Source: an uncultured Verrucomicrobiae bacterium (GTDB lineage Bacteria; Verrucomicrobiota; Verrucomicrobiia; Chthoniobacterales; UBA10450). Taken from it: DNA of 64,000 nt. The notes beneath the pieces are model-generated. The model did not search any database and had not been told where the DNA came from. It worked only from the letters and a program-made list of their open reading frames with translations. The stretch spans positions 224,001 to 288,000 of the forward strand of contig CAVTMK010000003.1 in the NCBI GenBank assembly GCA_963735805.1, in the 5' to 3' direction. Within the stretch, counting starts at the first letter, position 1, and each line of letters starts with the position of its first letter. Position numbers and translations under genes: made by a program. Shown piece after piece: positions 47,090 through 56,129 of this stretch.

Positions 47090-47932
47090 ATGCACACGAG
47101 AATGACGCTAAGCATGGTTCTCATGATGTTGCTTTCGAGCTTCGCGCGCGCAGAGTGGCGGTTCGCAGGAGAGACGGGAGTGGTTTATAACAGCAATCTC
47201 TCGAATTCCGATCGCTCCGCCGATGTGCGCGATGATTGGGCATGGAGCAGCGATTTAAGTGCCGGCGATGCTCTCCAGCTTGCGCGTGATTTACGACTGA
47301 ATTTTGGAGCGGATTTGCGCGGCGAGCTGTGGGATCGCTTCGGTGCGTTTAATACCATCGGCCCGGGCGCTTCCGCCGGCTTACGCTATCGGTTCGGTTT
47401 GGGCCGCCAGGCGCCCTGGGTTTTGCTGGAGGACCGGTTTGGCTACGATCGGTTCCAGGACACTTCACAAAGCGGTTATGACAACGTCCTCAATTTTCAG
47501 ACCGGCATTGCGCTTTCTGACCGGATCGCGCTGGAAGGTGGTTATGCGTTCGAAAGCTTTGTCGCGCCTAACGATTTCTACGATCGGCAGCTTCATCGCG
47601 CCAATGCGAGCATCGTCTTCGATGTTACCTCATCCCTCCAGGTCACCGCGGGCTACATCTATCGCGAGGGTGATGTGATTTCATACGCTGTTCCACCGCG
47701 GCCCGATATTGCCCGGTTCTCGATCGAACGCGAAGATGAAGACGAGTTCGGCCAGCCGCTACGTACCGCCTACAAATTGTTGGGACGCACCCATGCACTT
47801 TCGTTTTCAGTTGCCTATCAACTGACGAAGTACGCGTCGGTTCAGCTCGGGTACGAATATGCCATCACCACGCACGATCCGTTGCAATACGAGAACCACG
47901 TGGTGGAAGCGAACATCGCCGTGGCGTATTAA
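47090..47932 (+). CDS. Putative outer-membrane beta-barrel protein
   Basis: Signal peptide (ARA-E), amphipathic strands with alternating aromatic/Gly residues, C-terminal ANIAVAY. Confidence 0.72.
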   Translation: MHTRMTLSMVLMMLLSSFARAEWRFAGETGVVYNSNLSNSDRSADVRDDWAWSSDLSAGDALQLARDLRLNFGADLRGELWDRFGAFNTIGPGASAGLRYRFGLGRQAPWVLLEDRFGYDRFQDTSQSGYDNVLNFQTGIALSDRIALEGGYAFESFVAPNDFYDRQLHRANASIVFDVTSSLQVTAGYIYREGDVISYAVPPRPDIARFSIEREDEDEFGQPLRTAYKLLGRTHALSFSVAYQLTKYASVQLGYEYAITTHDPLQYENHVVEANIAVAY

Positions 47933-47933
47933 G

Positions 47934-48581
47934 ATGAGGCTGTCGCGCGGATTGGTGCTGCTTACTGTCTTGGTTTTCGCACGCGATCTCATCGCCGGGT
48001 CGCTGGAGGTCATCGTCAAGGACGACAAAGGCCGGCCGGTTTCCGATGCCGTTGCCTATGCGGCTGCCGCGGGCGCTGTAAACGCGGCGCCGAAAAAGCA
48101 GGCGGTCGTCGACCAACGCGACAAGCAATTCGTTCCTTACGTGACAGCAGTACAAACGGGCACCGCGGTCATTTTCCCGAACAGCGATAATATTCGACAT
48201 CACGTTTACTCATTTTCGCCCGCGAAAAAATTCGAACTGCCGCTTTACAGCGGCGTTCCCGCGGAACCGGTGGTGTTCGATAAGGTCGGCTTCATCACTC
48301 TCGGCTGTAACATTCATGACTGGATGATTGCTTACATCGCCGTGCTGCCGACACCGCATTTTCAAGTGACGAGACAAGACGGACGCGCCGTGTTGAAAGA
48401 TCTGCCCGCTGGCCAATACACCGTGCAGGTGTGGCATCCGACGTTGAAAGGCCAACCGGAAGCGCTCGCCCAACGGGTTGATGTCGGCAGCGGCACAAAA
48501 AGTTTGCCGTTCACTCTGCCGCTTAAGCACGACGTGCGTGCCAAGCGGGCGCCCGGCTTAACCACTGGAGGCTATCGCTGA
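47934..48581 (+). CDS. Periplasmic cupredoxin-domain protein ('methylamine utilization protein'-like) within a carboxypeptidase-regulatory-like sandwich
   Basis: Signal peptide, DQRDKQFVP, FPNSDNIRHHVYSFS, GCNIHDWM, LPAGQYTVQVWHP. Confidence 0.85.
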   Translation: MRLSRGLVLLTVLVFARDLIAGSLEVIVKDDKGRPVSDAVAYAAAAGAVNAAPKKQAVVDQRDKQFVPYVTAVQTGTAVIFPNSDNIRHHVYSFSPAKKFELPLYSGVPAEPVVFDKVGFITLGCNIHDWMIAYIAVLPTPHFQVTRQDGRAVLKDLPAGQYTVQVWHPTLKGQPEALAQRVDVGSGTKSLPFTLPLKHDVRAKRAPGLTTGGYR

Positions 48582-50260
48582 AATTTCGATTCCGCAGTTT
48601 TCGGAGCCGGCTGCTCTTTTTCCTGATTGCGCTCCTGACGTTGTTGCAATGCGCAATTTACCTTCTCGTCCGGCAGGCAAATCGACAGCATGCCGTGGCG
48701 CAGATTCAATCCAGCCTCCGCACTGGTGCCCGCATTTTCGAAAAGCTGATCGAACAGCGTAACCAGCAGATCACGACCGCGGCCGCCATTCTTTCGCGCG
48801 ATCACGCGTTTCAGGAAACCTTTGCCGGGGCCGATCAGGACCGTGAGACTACGCTATCTGCATTAGCGAGCCTCCGCGGCCGTGTCAGGGCCGACGCGGT
48901 TTTGATCGCATCTCTCGACGAGGAACTTCTTTTCGACACGCGCCGACCACAATTGCACGGCGTGCCATTTCCTTTTCCAAAACTGATCGAGAAAGCCGAG
49001 ACGAACGATGCCACCTACTCGTTTGTTGTCCTTGACCGCGAACTCTACGCCATCGCGGTCGCGCCATTGCTCGCGCCGGACCCCATTGCGTGGCTTTGTC
49101 CAATGTTCCGTATCGACGACGATTTCGCGCGTGAAATCAAAGTCTACACCAACCTCGAGATCACTTTTCTCAATGGCGCCGACTTGTTTGGCACGACGCT
49201 GCCGAACCGGCGCGACATTACTCAAATGCTGCGCAATCGCGCGCTCCCACCGAAGCAGGTAATTGATCTTCACCTGGCACGGGAAATTTTCGTTAGCTAC
49301 GCCGTCCCGCTTCCAGCCGAGAACGCGCACCCCATCGCACTGCTGCAGCGATCGCTCGACAACGAACTCGCGCCCTATCTTCGACTTGAACGATTCTACC
49401 TGATCCTGGCGCTCGTAGGTTTGATCGTATCCGCGATACTTGGCTTGTGGATCGCGCGCGGCGTTTCCCGGCCGGTATCGGAGTTGGCCAGCGGCGCGCG
49501 TGAGATAGCGGCCGGAAATTACAATTACCGAGTCAAACTTAAGCAGGAGGATGAAATCGGATCGCTCGCCGCCTCCTTCAATCAAATGAGCGCTGGCCTG
49601 GCAGAACGCGACCGTGTTCGCGACTTGTTAGGCAAGGTCGTCTCCCCGGCGATCGCGTCGGAGTTACTCCGGAAGAAGGTCACGCTCGGCGGTGAGCAGC
49701 GGGAAGTGACCGTGCTCTTTTCGGACCTGCGAAACTTTACCAGAATGAGCGAAGCCCTCAGCCCCGAAGAGATGCTCGCGATTCTCAACCACTACTTCAC
49801 CCGGATGGCCGCCATCGTGGAAAAGCACGGCGGTGTGGTGGACAAGTATGTCGGCGACGCGCTCATGGCATTATTTGGCGCGCCGGTCGCGTCCGCGGAC
49901 GATGCCGACCGCGCGCTGCGCGCCGCATTAGAGATGACCACGGCGCTCGATGAGCTGAACCAGCAATGGCAGCAGCGCGGCTTGCCTACTATCGGTGTCG
50001 GCATTGGAATTAACACTGGCGTTGTAGTCGCCGGCAACATGGGCTCGGAAAAGCGGCTCAACTACACTGTCATCGGCGATGGAGTTAACCTCGCCTCCCG
50101 CCTCGAAGAGTTGACGAAAACACCGGAATATGACGCGCGGGTTATTGTCAGCGGCGCCACGCTGGCGAAAGCGAAAGATAAGTATCGCACCCGCCGGCTC
50201 GGCGAAGTGGCGGTGAAGGGAAAACAAATCCCAACAGAAATCTTCGCGCTTCTCGGCTGA
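48578..50260 (+). CDS. Membrane class III adenylate cyclase (TM, periplasmic Cache-like domain, TM, HAMP, cyclase); probable CTG start
   Basis: LFSDLRNFT, DKYVGD, GIGIN, YTVIGDGVNLASRLE, VKGK; HAMP RPVSELA..DEIGSLAASFNQM; frame open to CTG 48578 after GGAGG. Confidence 0.88.
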   Translation: MKFRFRSFRSRLLFFLIALLTLLQCAIYLLVRQANRQHAVAQIQSSLRTGARIFEKLIEQRNQQITTAAAILSRDHAFQETFAGADQDRETTLSALASLRGRVRADAVLIASLDEELLFDTRRPQLHGVPFPFPKLIEKAETNDATYSFVVLDRELYAIAVAPLLAPDPIAWLCPMFRIDDDFAREIKVYTNLEITFLNGADLFGTTLPNRRDITQMLRNRALPPKQVIDLHLAREIFVSYAVPLPAENAHPIALLQRSLDNELAPYLRLERFYLILALVGLIVSAILGLWIARGVSRPVSELASGAREIAAGNYNYRVKLKQEDEIGSLAASFNQMSAGLAERDRVRDLLGKVVSPAIASELLRKKVTLGGEQREVTVLFSDLRNFTRMSEALSPEEMLAILNHYFTRMAAIVEKHGGVVDKYVGDALMALFGAPVASADDADRALRAALEMTTALDELNQQWQQRGLPTIGVGIGINTGVVVAGNMGSEKRLNYTVIGDGVNLASRLEELTKTPEYDARVIVSGATLAKAKDKYRTRRLGEVAVKGKQIPTEIFALLG

Positions 50261-50347
50261 GGAACAGAGAGTCCGAAAGGATCAGAGCTCCGCACACTCT
50301 GAAATGTTAGATACGCCCGCGCTTTCTCACCGATTCTGACTAATGAA

Positions 50348-51721
50348 TCAACGATGCCTTCGATAAGATCTGCGCGGCGGACGGTTGTTCGATGAAGCAT
50401 TCCGGAAACGCCACCCGATCTGGCCGTGCGGGGCATCGCCGCTTCAGCGGAGAATTTCCCGGTAGCCGCGGCTCGATCTTTCGCTGCGGGACTCGCGGCC
50501 GCCCCTGCCCCGCTCGTCGCGTGGCGGCGCAGCCTGATTGTAATCGAAACCTTCCGCCTTTTTCCGCACGATCCCGCGGCCGATGAAACGCTCGAGCGAA
50601 CGCAACGGCCCCTGATCTTCCGGCGTAATAAAGCTGATCGCATCACCGATGGCGTGTGCGCGGCCGGTGCGTCCGATGCGATGGACATAATCCTCTGAGT
50701 GCATCGGGAAATCGTAGTTCACCACATGCGAGATCCCATCCACATCGATGCCGCGCGCGGCAATGTCGGTGGCGACGAGCACACGGACGGCGCCCGATTT
50801 GAAATCCTTCAGCGCACGGAGCCGCTGGTTCTGCGAGCGATTGGAATGGATCGTTCCCGTTTTGATTCCGCTGCTTTCCAGACGGCGAGCGATCTTGTCG
50901 GCGCCGTGCTTGGTCCGGGCGAAAACAAGAACAGTGTCGAACTGTTGGATCGCCTAGCAGATGAAGCAGCAGCGCAGACTTCAAGTGCGGGCGAACTTCG
51001 TAGGCAAACTGCGTGACCGTCTCGGCCGGGTTCGCGCGCCGGCCAATCTGGACAATCTTGGGCGACTGTTGGAACTGGTGGGTCAACTGCTCGATTTCGC
51101 GCGAAAGCGAGGCGGAGAACATGAGCGTCTGCCGTTTCTGCGGCAATGCTTTCACGATCCGGCGAATCGGCGGAAGAAAACCCATGTCAAGCATTCGATC
51201 GGCCTCGTCGAGCACGAGAAACTCGACGCCGGAAAGATTGGCTACTCGTTGGTCCATCAGATCGATCAACCGCCCCGGTGTGGCTACGACAAGATCGACA
51301 CCGGAACGCAACGCCTCGATCTGCGGACGTTCACTCACCCCGCCGAAAACCGTGGCCATGCGCAACGGAACATGTTTCGCGTAAGCGCGAACGTTCTCCT
51401 CGATCTGCACCACCAGCTCACGAGTCGGCGCAACCACCAGCGACGCGCGCGGTGAGCTCGCGGCGTCTTCGACCGGACTGGCGATTGCGAGCTGCGTTAT
51501 CGGCCGGCATCACAGTTTGTTTCGATTCTGCGAGCTTCATTAGAATCGGCAGAACGAAAGCAGCCGTTTTTCCCGTGCCCGTCTGCGCAATCCCGATGAT
51601 ATCGTGTCCTGCCAGAATGAGCGGGATCGCCGCGATCTGAATCGGGGTCGGCTCGGTGTAGCCCGCGTCGCGGACGGCCTGTAACAATTTGGGGCGAAAG
51701 ATTGAGTGCGCGGAATGACAT
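50348..51721 (-). CDS. DEAD-box RNA helicase (RhlE-like), split by at least three +1 frameshifts
   Basis: Q motif [35 protein letters not shown] (after slip near 50945), ARGID and HRIGRTGR distributed over ORFs 51497..51721, 51418..51687, 50643..51437 and 50444..50782; 3' end either 50444 or 50348. Confidence 0.8.
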
Positions 51722-51878
51722 GACGCGACAACTGTCGCCCGTTAAGTGCCCTCGCGCACCTACTCTTCCTTTAAATCTTTCGTGTGCGCGCCACCTTCTA
51801 TGTGGTTAGGCGAATTCGGCGAAAACAGCTCTACCTAATCGCCGAAACGCGAAGAATCTTGGTTCTAAGGGCTCTGAC

Positions 51879-52784
51879 GTGGAAAATCGCTCGCTGACTG
51901 GCTTTATGACACTATCAGGCATCCGCTCGCCTCTTGAGTTTCGCGTTGTCCACGTTAATGGCATTGCATTACACGTCGTTCTTGCCGGGCCCGCGAGCGG
52001 TAAACCCTTAATATTCCTTCACGGTTTTCCCGAGTTCTGGTTCGCCTGGCGCATGCAAATTGATCACTTCGTCTCTTTGGGATATCGCGTAATCATACCC
52101 GACCAACGAGGTTACAACTTAAGTGATAAACCTTCAGGCATTGCCAGCTATTCCATTGACCTGCTCGCCAGAGATGTCGTCGGCGTGTTGGATACCGTGA
52201 CAAATACAAGAGCGTTCGTGGTCGGGCACGACTGGGGAGCTGCTGTTGCCTGGTACTTGGCTGCCCGATATTCGGAAAGGGTTACCCGCACCGCGATGTT
52301 GAGCCTCCCCCACCCTCGCATTTTTATAAGGAACCTCTTCATGAACCCGGCGCAGCTGCGGAGGAGCTGGTATATATTGTTTTTTCAGCTTCCCTGTTTA
52401 CCTGAATTCATCCTGCAAAAGCGAGACTGGGCGCCGCTGGTTGGAGCGCTGCGGAATACTTCTCGTCCTGGGGTCCTTTCTGGTTCTGATCTCGAGCAGT
52501 ATAAGAAGTCGTGGGGCAGAAAGGGCACGCTAACAGCTATGCTTAACTGGTATCGAGCGGCCCTATGGTGTCCGTCGAAGTTTGCGTTGGAAGCTTCGCG
52601 AGTGAAAGTGCCGGCGCTTCTGATTTGGGGAAAGAACGACCAGTTCGGGAGTGAAGCAATGGCCGGAGAAAGTCTGCAGTACTGTGACGATGGACACCTT
52701 GAAATATTGGAGACTGCGACCCATTGGGTCCAACACGAAGAGCCCGCGCAAGTTAATACCTTGTTATCGCAATTCTTTGCCTGA
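51879..52784 (+). CDS. Epoxide hydrolase-like alpha/beta hydrolase
   Basis: HGFPEFW, DQRGYNLS, GHDWG, SWY, NWYRA, HWVQHE. Confidence 0.9.
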   Translation: MENRSLTGFMTLSGIRSPLEFRVVHVNGIALHVVLAGPASGKPLIFLHGFPEFWFAWRMQIDHFVSLGYRVIIPDQRGYNLSDKPSGIASYSIDLLARDVVGVLDTVTNTRAFVVGHDWGAAVAWYLAARYSERVTRTAMLSLPHPRIFIRNLFMNPAQLRRSWYILFFQLPCLPEFILQKRDWAPLVGALRNTSRPGVLSGSDLEQYKKSWGRKGTLTAMLNWYRAALWCPSKFALEASRVKVPALLIWGKNDQFGSEAMAGESLQYCDDGHLEILETATHWVQHEEPAQVNTLLSQFFA

Positions 52785-53036
52785 CTCCAGATGCGCACAA
52801 ACAAGGAAGTTGTAGCTAAGTCGCCATGTCTACTGGACCACCTGGATAGCTGCGGAGCATCTAACGCAGTAGAGTCATCACGCAATGAGGCACAGCATTT
52901 CACCGAGTATCGGACTAGCGCGGCCAGGCATGCGCTCCAGGGAACGGGCGCTAAACCATTTCCGCTTTGATGAGTAACTGGTCTTACACCATGATTGGGT
53001 TCGGCGGAGCGTCACAAATTCAAGAAGGAAACGAAA

Positions 53037-53672
53037 ATGTGGTTTGACCTCATTCTTGCCGCCGCGTTCGTGATCTTGTACGTGGCCTTCCGGGCCTGGT
53101 ATTCTCAAGGAGCGGGCAAACTCACTCAAGCCGAGATCGATCGATACCTGGCGATCATCGAAAAGCTACCATTGCCCGAGAGTGGGGTTCAGTCGTTCGT
53201 TGCCCGTCTTCGCCCATGGGCGGAGGCGGACGATGGCAAGCCGGTCTACATGTTTAATCTCATCCATTTCTTTCCCAGACTGCAGACGTTGCCCGGCGCG
53301 CCGGAGTTCAAGGGGACGCCCGAAGCGGCTAACGCACACTACGAAAAGAGCCTCCTATGGCTATGGTTGAGTCACGCGTCCTATCCAACCTTCATCGGAG
53401 CTCCCCAAGCCAGGAACCTGATCAACATCCAGCCAGAAAGAACCTGGGGCAATCTGACTGTCGTGCGTTATCCCAGCCGGCGCACGTTCTTGAAACTGAT
53501 TTCTCACTCCAGCTATGCGCGGGTTGCAGGTTACAAATTTATAGCAGTGGAGCTTGATTTGGTGCCGGTCTCAAGCCGCACGATTATCCCCGACCTTCGC
53601 TGGTTGGTAGGCGGCGGCCTTGCAATCATCTTCTTGTTAGTAGCATGGCTACGCGCCGCCCTGTTGTGGTGA
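53037..53672 (+). CDS. Hypothetical membrane protein (DUF1330-like soluble core between two TM segments)
   Basis: AAGGA RBS; DDGKPVYMFNLI and VRYPSRRTFL motifs; N- and C-terminal TM. Confidence 0.7.
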   Translation: MWFDLILAAAFVILYVAFRAWYSQGAGKLTQAEIDRYLAIIEKLPLPESGVQSFVARLRPWAEADDGKPVYMFNLIHFFPRLQTLPGAPEFKGTPEAANAHYEKSLLWLWLSHASYPTFIGAPQARNLINIQPERTWGNLTVVRYPSRRTFLKLISHSSYARVAGYKFIAVELDLVPVSSRTIIPDLRWLVGGGLAIIFLLVAWLRAALLW

Positions 53673-53709
53673 CCAGCCACTTCTTTGAAACTCGCTCGCT
53701 GCCCACCCT

Positions 53710-53780
53710 TTGACTCATGTGCTCCCGCTCATTTCGACCTGTCGGTTTGCCCATCTATGTCGCTGGCGGCCCCGCGGCTC
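53710..53780. repeat. 71-bp dispersed element, copy A (inverted relative to 59761-59832)
   Basis: About 64/72 identical by hand alignment to the reverse complement of 59761-59832. Confidence 0.85.
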
Positions 53781-53889
53781 GGCCCCTTCTATATCGCGCC
53801 TCCCGTGCGCTCCATTCTTAACTTTTACTTCTTAATTCTTACTTTTCCCGACTGCCATCGCTCCGGAGTAACTCCATGTTGTCGCCCAC

Positions 53890-53927
53890 CTTCGATTTAA
53901 CGATTCAACGATTCACGGATCACGTCC
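53890..53927. repeat. 38-bp dispersed repeat, copy 1 (others at 56029-56066 and partial 55064-55092)
   Basis: CTTCGAT[T/G]TAACGATT[C/G]AACGATTCACGGATCACGTCC; 36/38 identical to 56029-56066. Confidence 0.85.
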
Positions 53928-54933
53928 GTGGCAGCTTCACCTTCGAAGTCATCGGCGGAAGTTTACGCACGCCTTCATCGAGGCGGCGTTCGAAATCCTC
54001 CGAAATATTCGCGTAGAACGGATACGCCGCCAGATTCGCCGACACCGGGCGGTAACGGAAATGTTTGTACATCCAGAGCCAGGGCGCGGGATTTTTCCGG
54101 ACAACCGGCTCAAACTGGTCCCAGCAAGCTTGCGCCATTTCCTGGAGCGAAGCGCCCGCGGGAAATTCAATCCGGGGATGAAAAACCACGCGGTAACGTC
54201 CGCCGGGGAGCGGCTCGCAATGGACATTGATGAGTGGCGCGCCCGTGCGCTGGTGCAACCACACGTGAGCAAAGGTGACGCAGCGTTCAAGCCCGAAGCA
54301 CTTGATCGCCACGGTCGGCAGTTTCGCGGAAATTGTAAGATCGACGAGCAAGGCGAAGCGTTCGCCGCGGCGCAGGGCCCGGTAAAGATGCATAACAGCG
54401 CCTTCGCGCGGCGCGACGCGATGGCCGCTTCTCTGGCGCAACTCCGAGAAGATCGGATCCAGCAGCGGATTCTTGAACTCCTGCGCGATGACAACACCTT
54501 CGAGACCGGCGAAGGCTGAGACAATACTGAGCCATTCGAAGTTACTGTAATGATAGCAACCCACAATGACCGGCTTGCCCGGGCGTGTGTTTTCCTCATC
54601 CCATCTCTCGCGGTTCTCGAACTCAACGTAACGCGAGAAATTTTGACTCGTTAGGCGCGGGCTCCAAAAAAAATCGAGCATGGTGCGCGAAAAATGCTGA
54701 TAGGATTCACGCACGATCTGCGCCTGGCGCTCGGCTGAAATCTCATCGCCAAAGGCGACGCGCAGATTGCTCAGCGCAACGCGCCGGCCCCGGCGATCAA
54801 GCACGGCAGCGAGCGAGCCAAGCAAAAGGGCCAACCGATAACAAGCTTTGCGCGACAAAAGCGGAAGGAATTTCGTGGCGAATTTGAGTCCGAGCCACTC
54901 CAGACGGTAGCGAATCTTTCTCCAAATCATGCG
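53920..54933 (-). CDS. Lipid A late acyltransferase-like (LpxL/HtrB family)
   Basis: VALSNLRVAF, HYSNFE (HxxxxE), NPLLD, NPAPWLWMYKHFR; start uncertain within 54930-54960. Confidence 0.8.
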   Translation of the reverse strand, partial: RMIWRKIRYRLEWLGLKFATKFLPLLSRKACYRLALLLGSLAAVLDRRGRRVALSNLRVAFGDEISAERQAQIVRESYQHFSRTMLDFFWSPRLTSQNFSRYVEFENRERWDEENTRPGKPVIVGCYHYSNFEWLSIVSAFAGLEGVVIAQEFKNPLLDPIFSELRQRSGHRVAPREGAVMHLYRALRRGERFALLVDLTISAKLPTVAIKCFGLERCVTFAHVWLHQRTGAPLINVHCEPLPGGRYRVVFHPRIEFPAGASLQEMAQACWDQFEPVVRKNPAPWLWMYKHFRYRPVSANLAAYPFYANISEDFERRLDEGVRKLPPMTSKVKLPRT

Positions 54934-55016
54934 CATCGCTCCACTGTAAGCACGCTCCACGCAGGCTGCGAACCCCCGCTCAGCTACCAGTCGCTCAACT
55001 CGTTAGTCGCCTGCCA

Positions 55017-55048
55017 AGCCGTAGTCCCGCGACCGCGGGACGAAGGCT
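55017..55048. repeat. GCCGTAG-stem-CGAAGGC hairpin element, second copy
   Basis: AGCCGTAG-TCCCGC-GACC-GCGGGA-CGAAGGCT; same frame as 46779-46800 with a different inner stem. Confidence 0.7.
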
Positions 55049-55357
55049 GCTCGGCAAACGCGGAACGATTCACGGAACACGTCAGCGACAGCAGAAATGT
55101 TAAAGGTTTTGCGATGATGCCCTGCTGCAAATATGCGGTTTGCCATCTCTCACAGCAAACGAGCTGCAAGTGATTACTTTTGTCAGGAGGTTCAGGTATG
55201 TAACACGCGAACCTCTCGCAGAGGCGAGCGAAGTTGACGGCGATCGTACGACTAAGGTCCTATTCACCGCGAGCGAGAGTCACTCTATGCTGAGCTTGGC
55301 GGTGTTGCTCACTGCCATTGTCATCACATACCAACAATCAATTAGAAATCTAAAATT

Positions 55358-55900
55358 ATGCGCGTTAGAATGCGAACTGCACTTTTTTGCACAGCGATCT
55401 TTTCCGCTGTCAGCTTCTTCACAATCACGTTTGCCGAGACAAATCCACTTTCAAAGGCTCAGGTGGCTGACCGGATCCGCAAAGTGGAAAACGGCGTGGA
55501 TGATTTCGAGAAGTATCTGACTACCCGCGGCGAAAACGCCAAGGATCAGGCCGGATCGGCGAAGAGCAGCGGAGCGGCGAAGCGCGGACAGGGTGCAGAC
55601 TCCGCAAAGAAGGATGCGCGGAAAGATCAAGCCGGACAATCAAAAGACGACCTCCAGAACGCCATGGACGATCTGAATCGCACCACAAACCGTCTGCGGC
55701 GCAAGTTCGATGAAACGGCGAATTATCTGGAAACCAAAGTACAAATGGAACAGGTCTTGGACAGCGCCCGCCGCGTCAATCAGGTAGTAGCGAAAGAGAA
55801 AGGGAGTAATGGAACACAGGCACAACGCCTCTGGACTGCTTTGCGCGCGAGTATCAACGACCTGGCACGCTGTTACAACCTGACCCCCGTGGGCGCATAG
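55358..55900 (+). CDS. Hypothetical secreted alpha-helical protein
   Basis: Signal peptide (..TFA-E), charged helical mature region. Confidence 0.7.
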   Translation: MRVRMRTALFCTAIFSAVSFFTITFAETNPLSKAQVADRIRKVENGVDDFEKYLTTRGENAKDQAGSAKSSGAAKRGQGADSAKKDARKDQAGQSKDDLQNAMDDLNRTTNRLRRKFDETANYLETKVQMEQVLDSARRVNQVVAKEKGSNGTQAQRLWTALRASINDLARCYNLTPVGA

Positions 55901-56129
55901 GGAATGGCATACCGTGCCGGGTTACGGTCCATTTGAGTGAGCTTGCCCGCTAACGGGACACGTCCCAGTGGAGACTGCGACACGGAAACGCTTACCATCG
56001 CCCCGCAGTGACTCGATGTTTTTACGCGCTTCGATGTAACGATTGAACGATTCACGGATCACGTCCAGCGACAGCGCCAATGTCAAATGTTAGACGCGAC
56101 CCCGATTCCTCCCCGCGGAAGAGTGATGC

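Noticed and set aside
47934..48581. Methylamine utilisation (mau) gene or true amicyanin
   Set aside because: No methylamine dehydrogenase or mau genes in the window; only the copper-loop spacing is shared.
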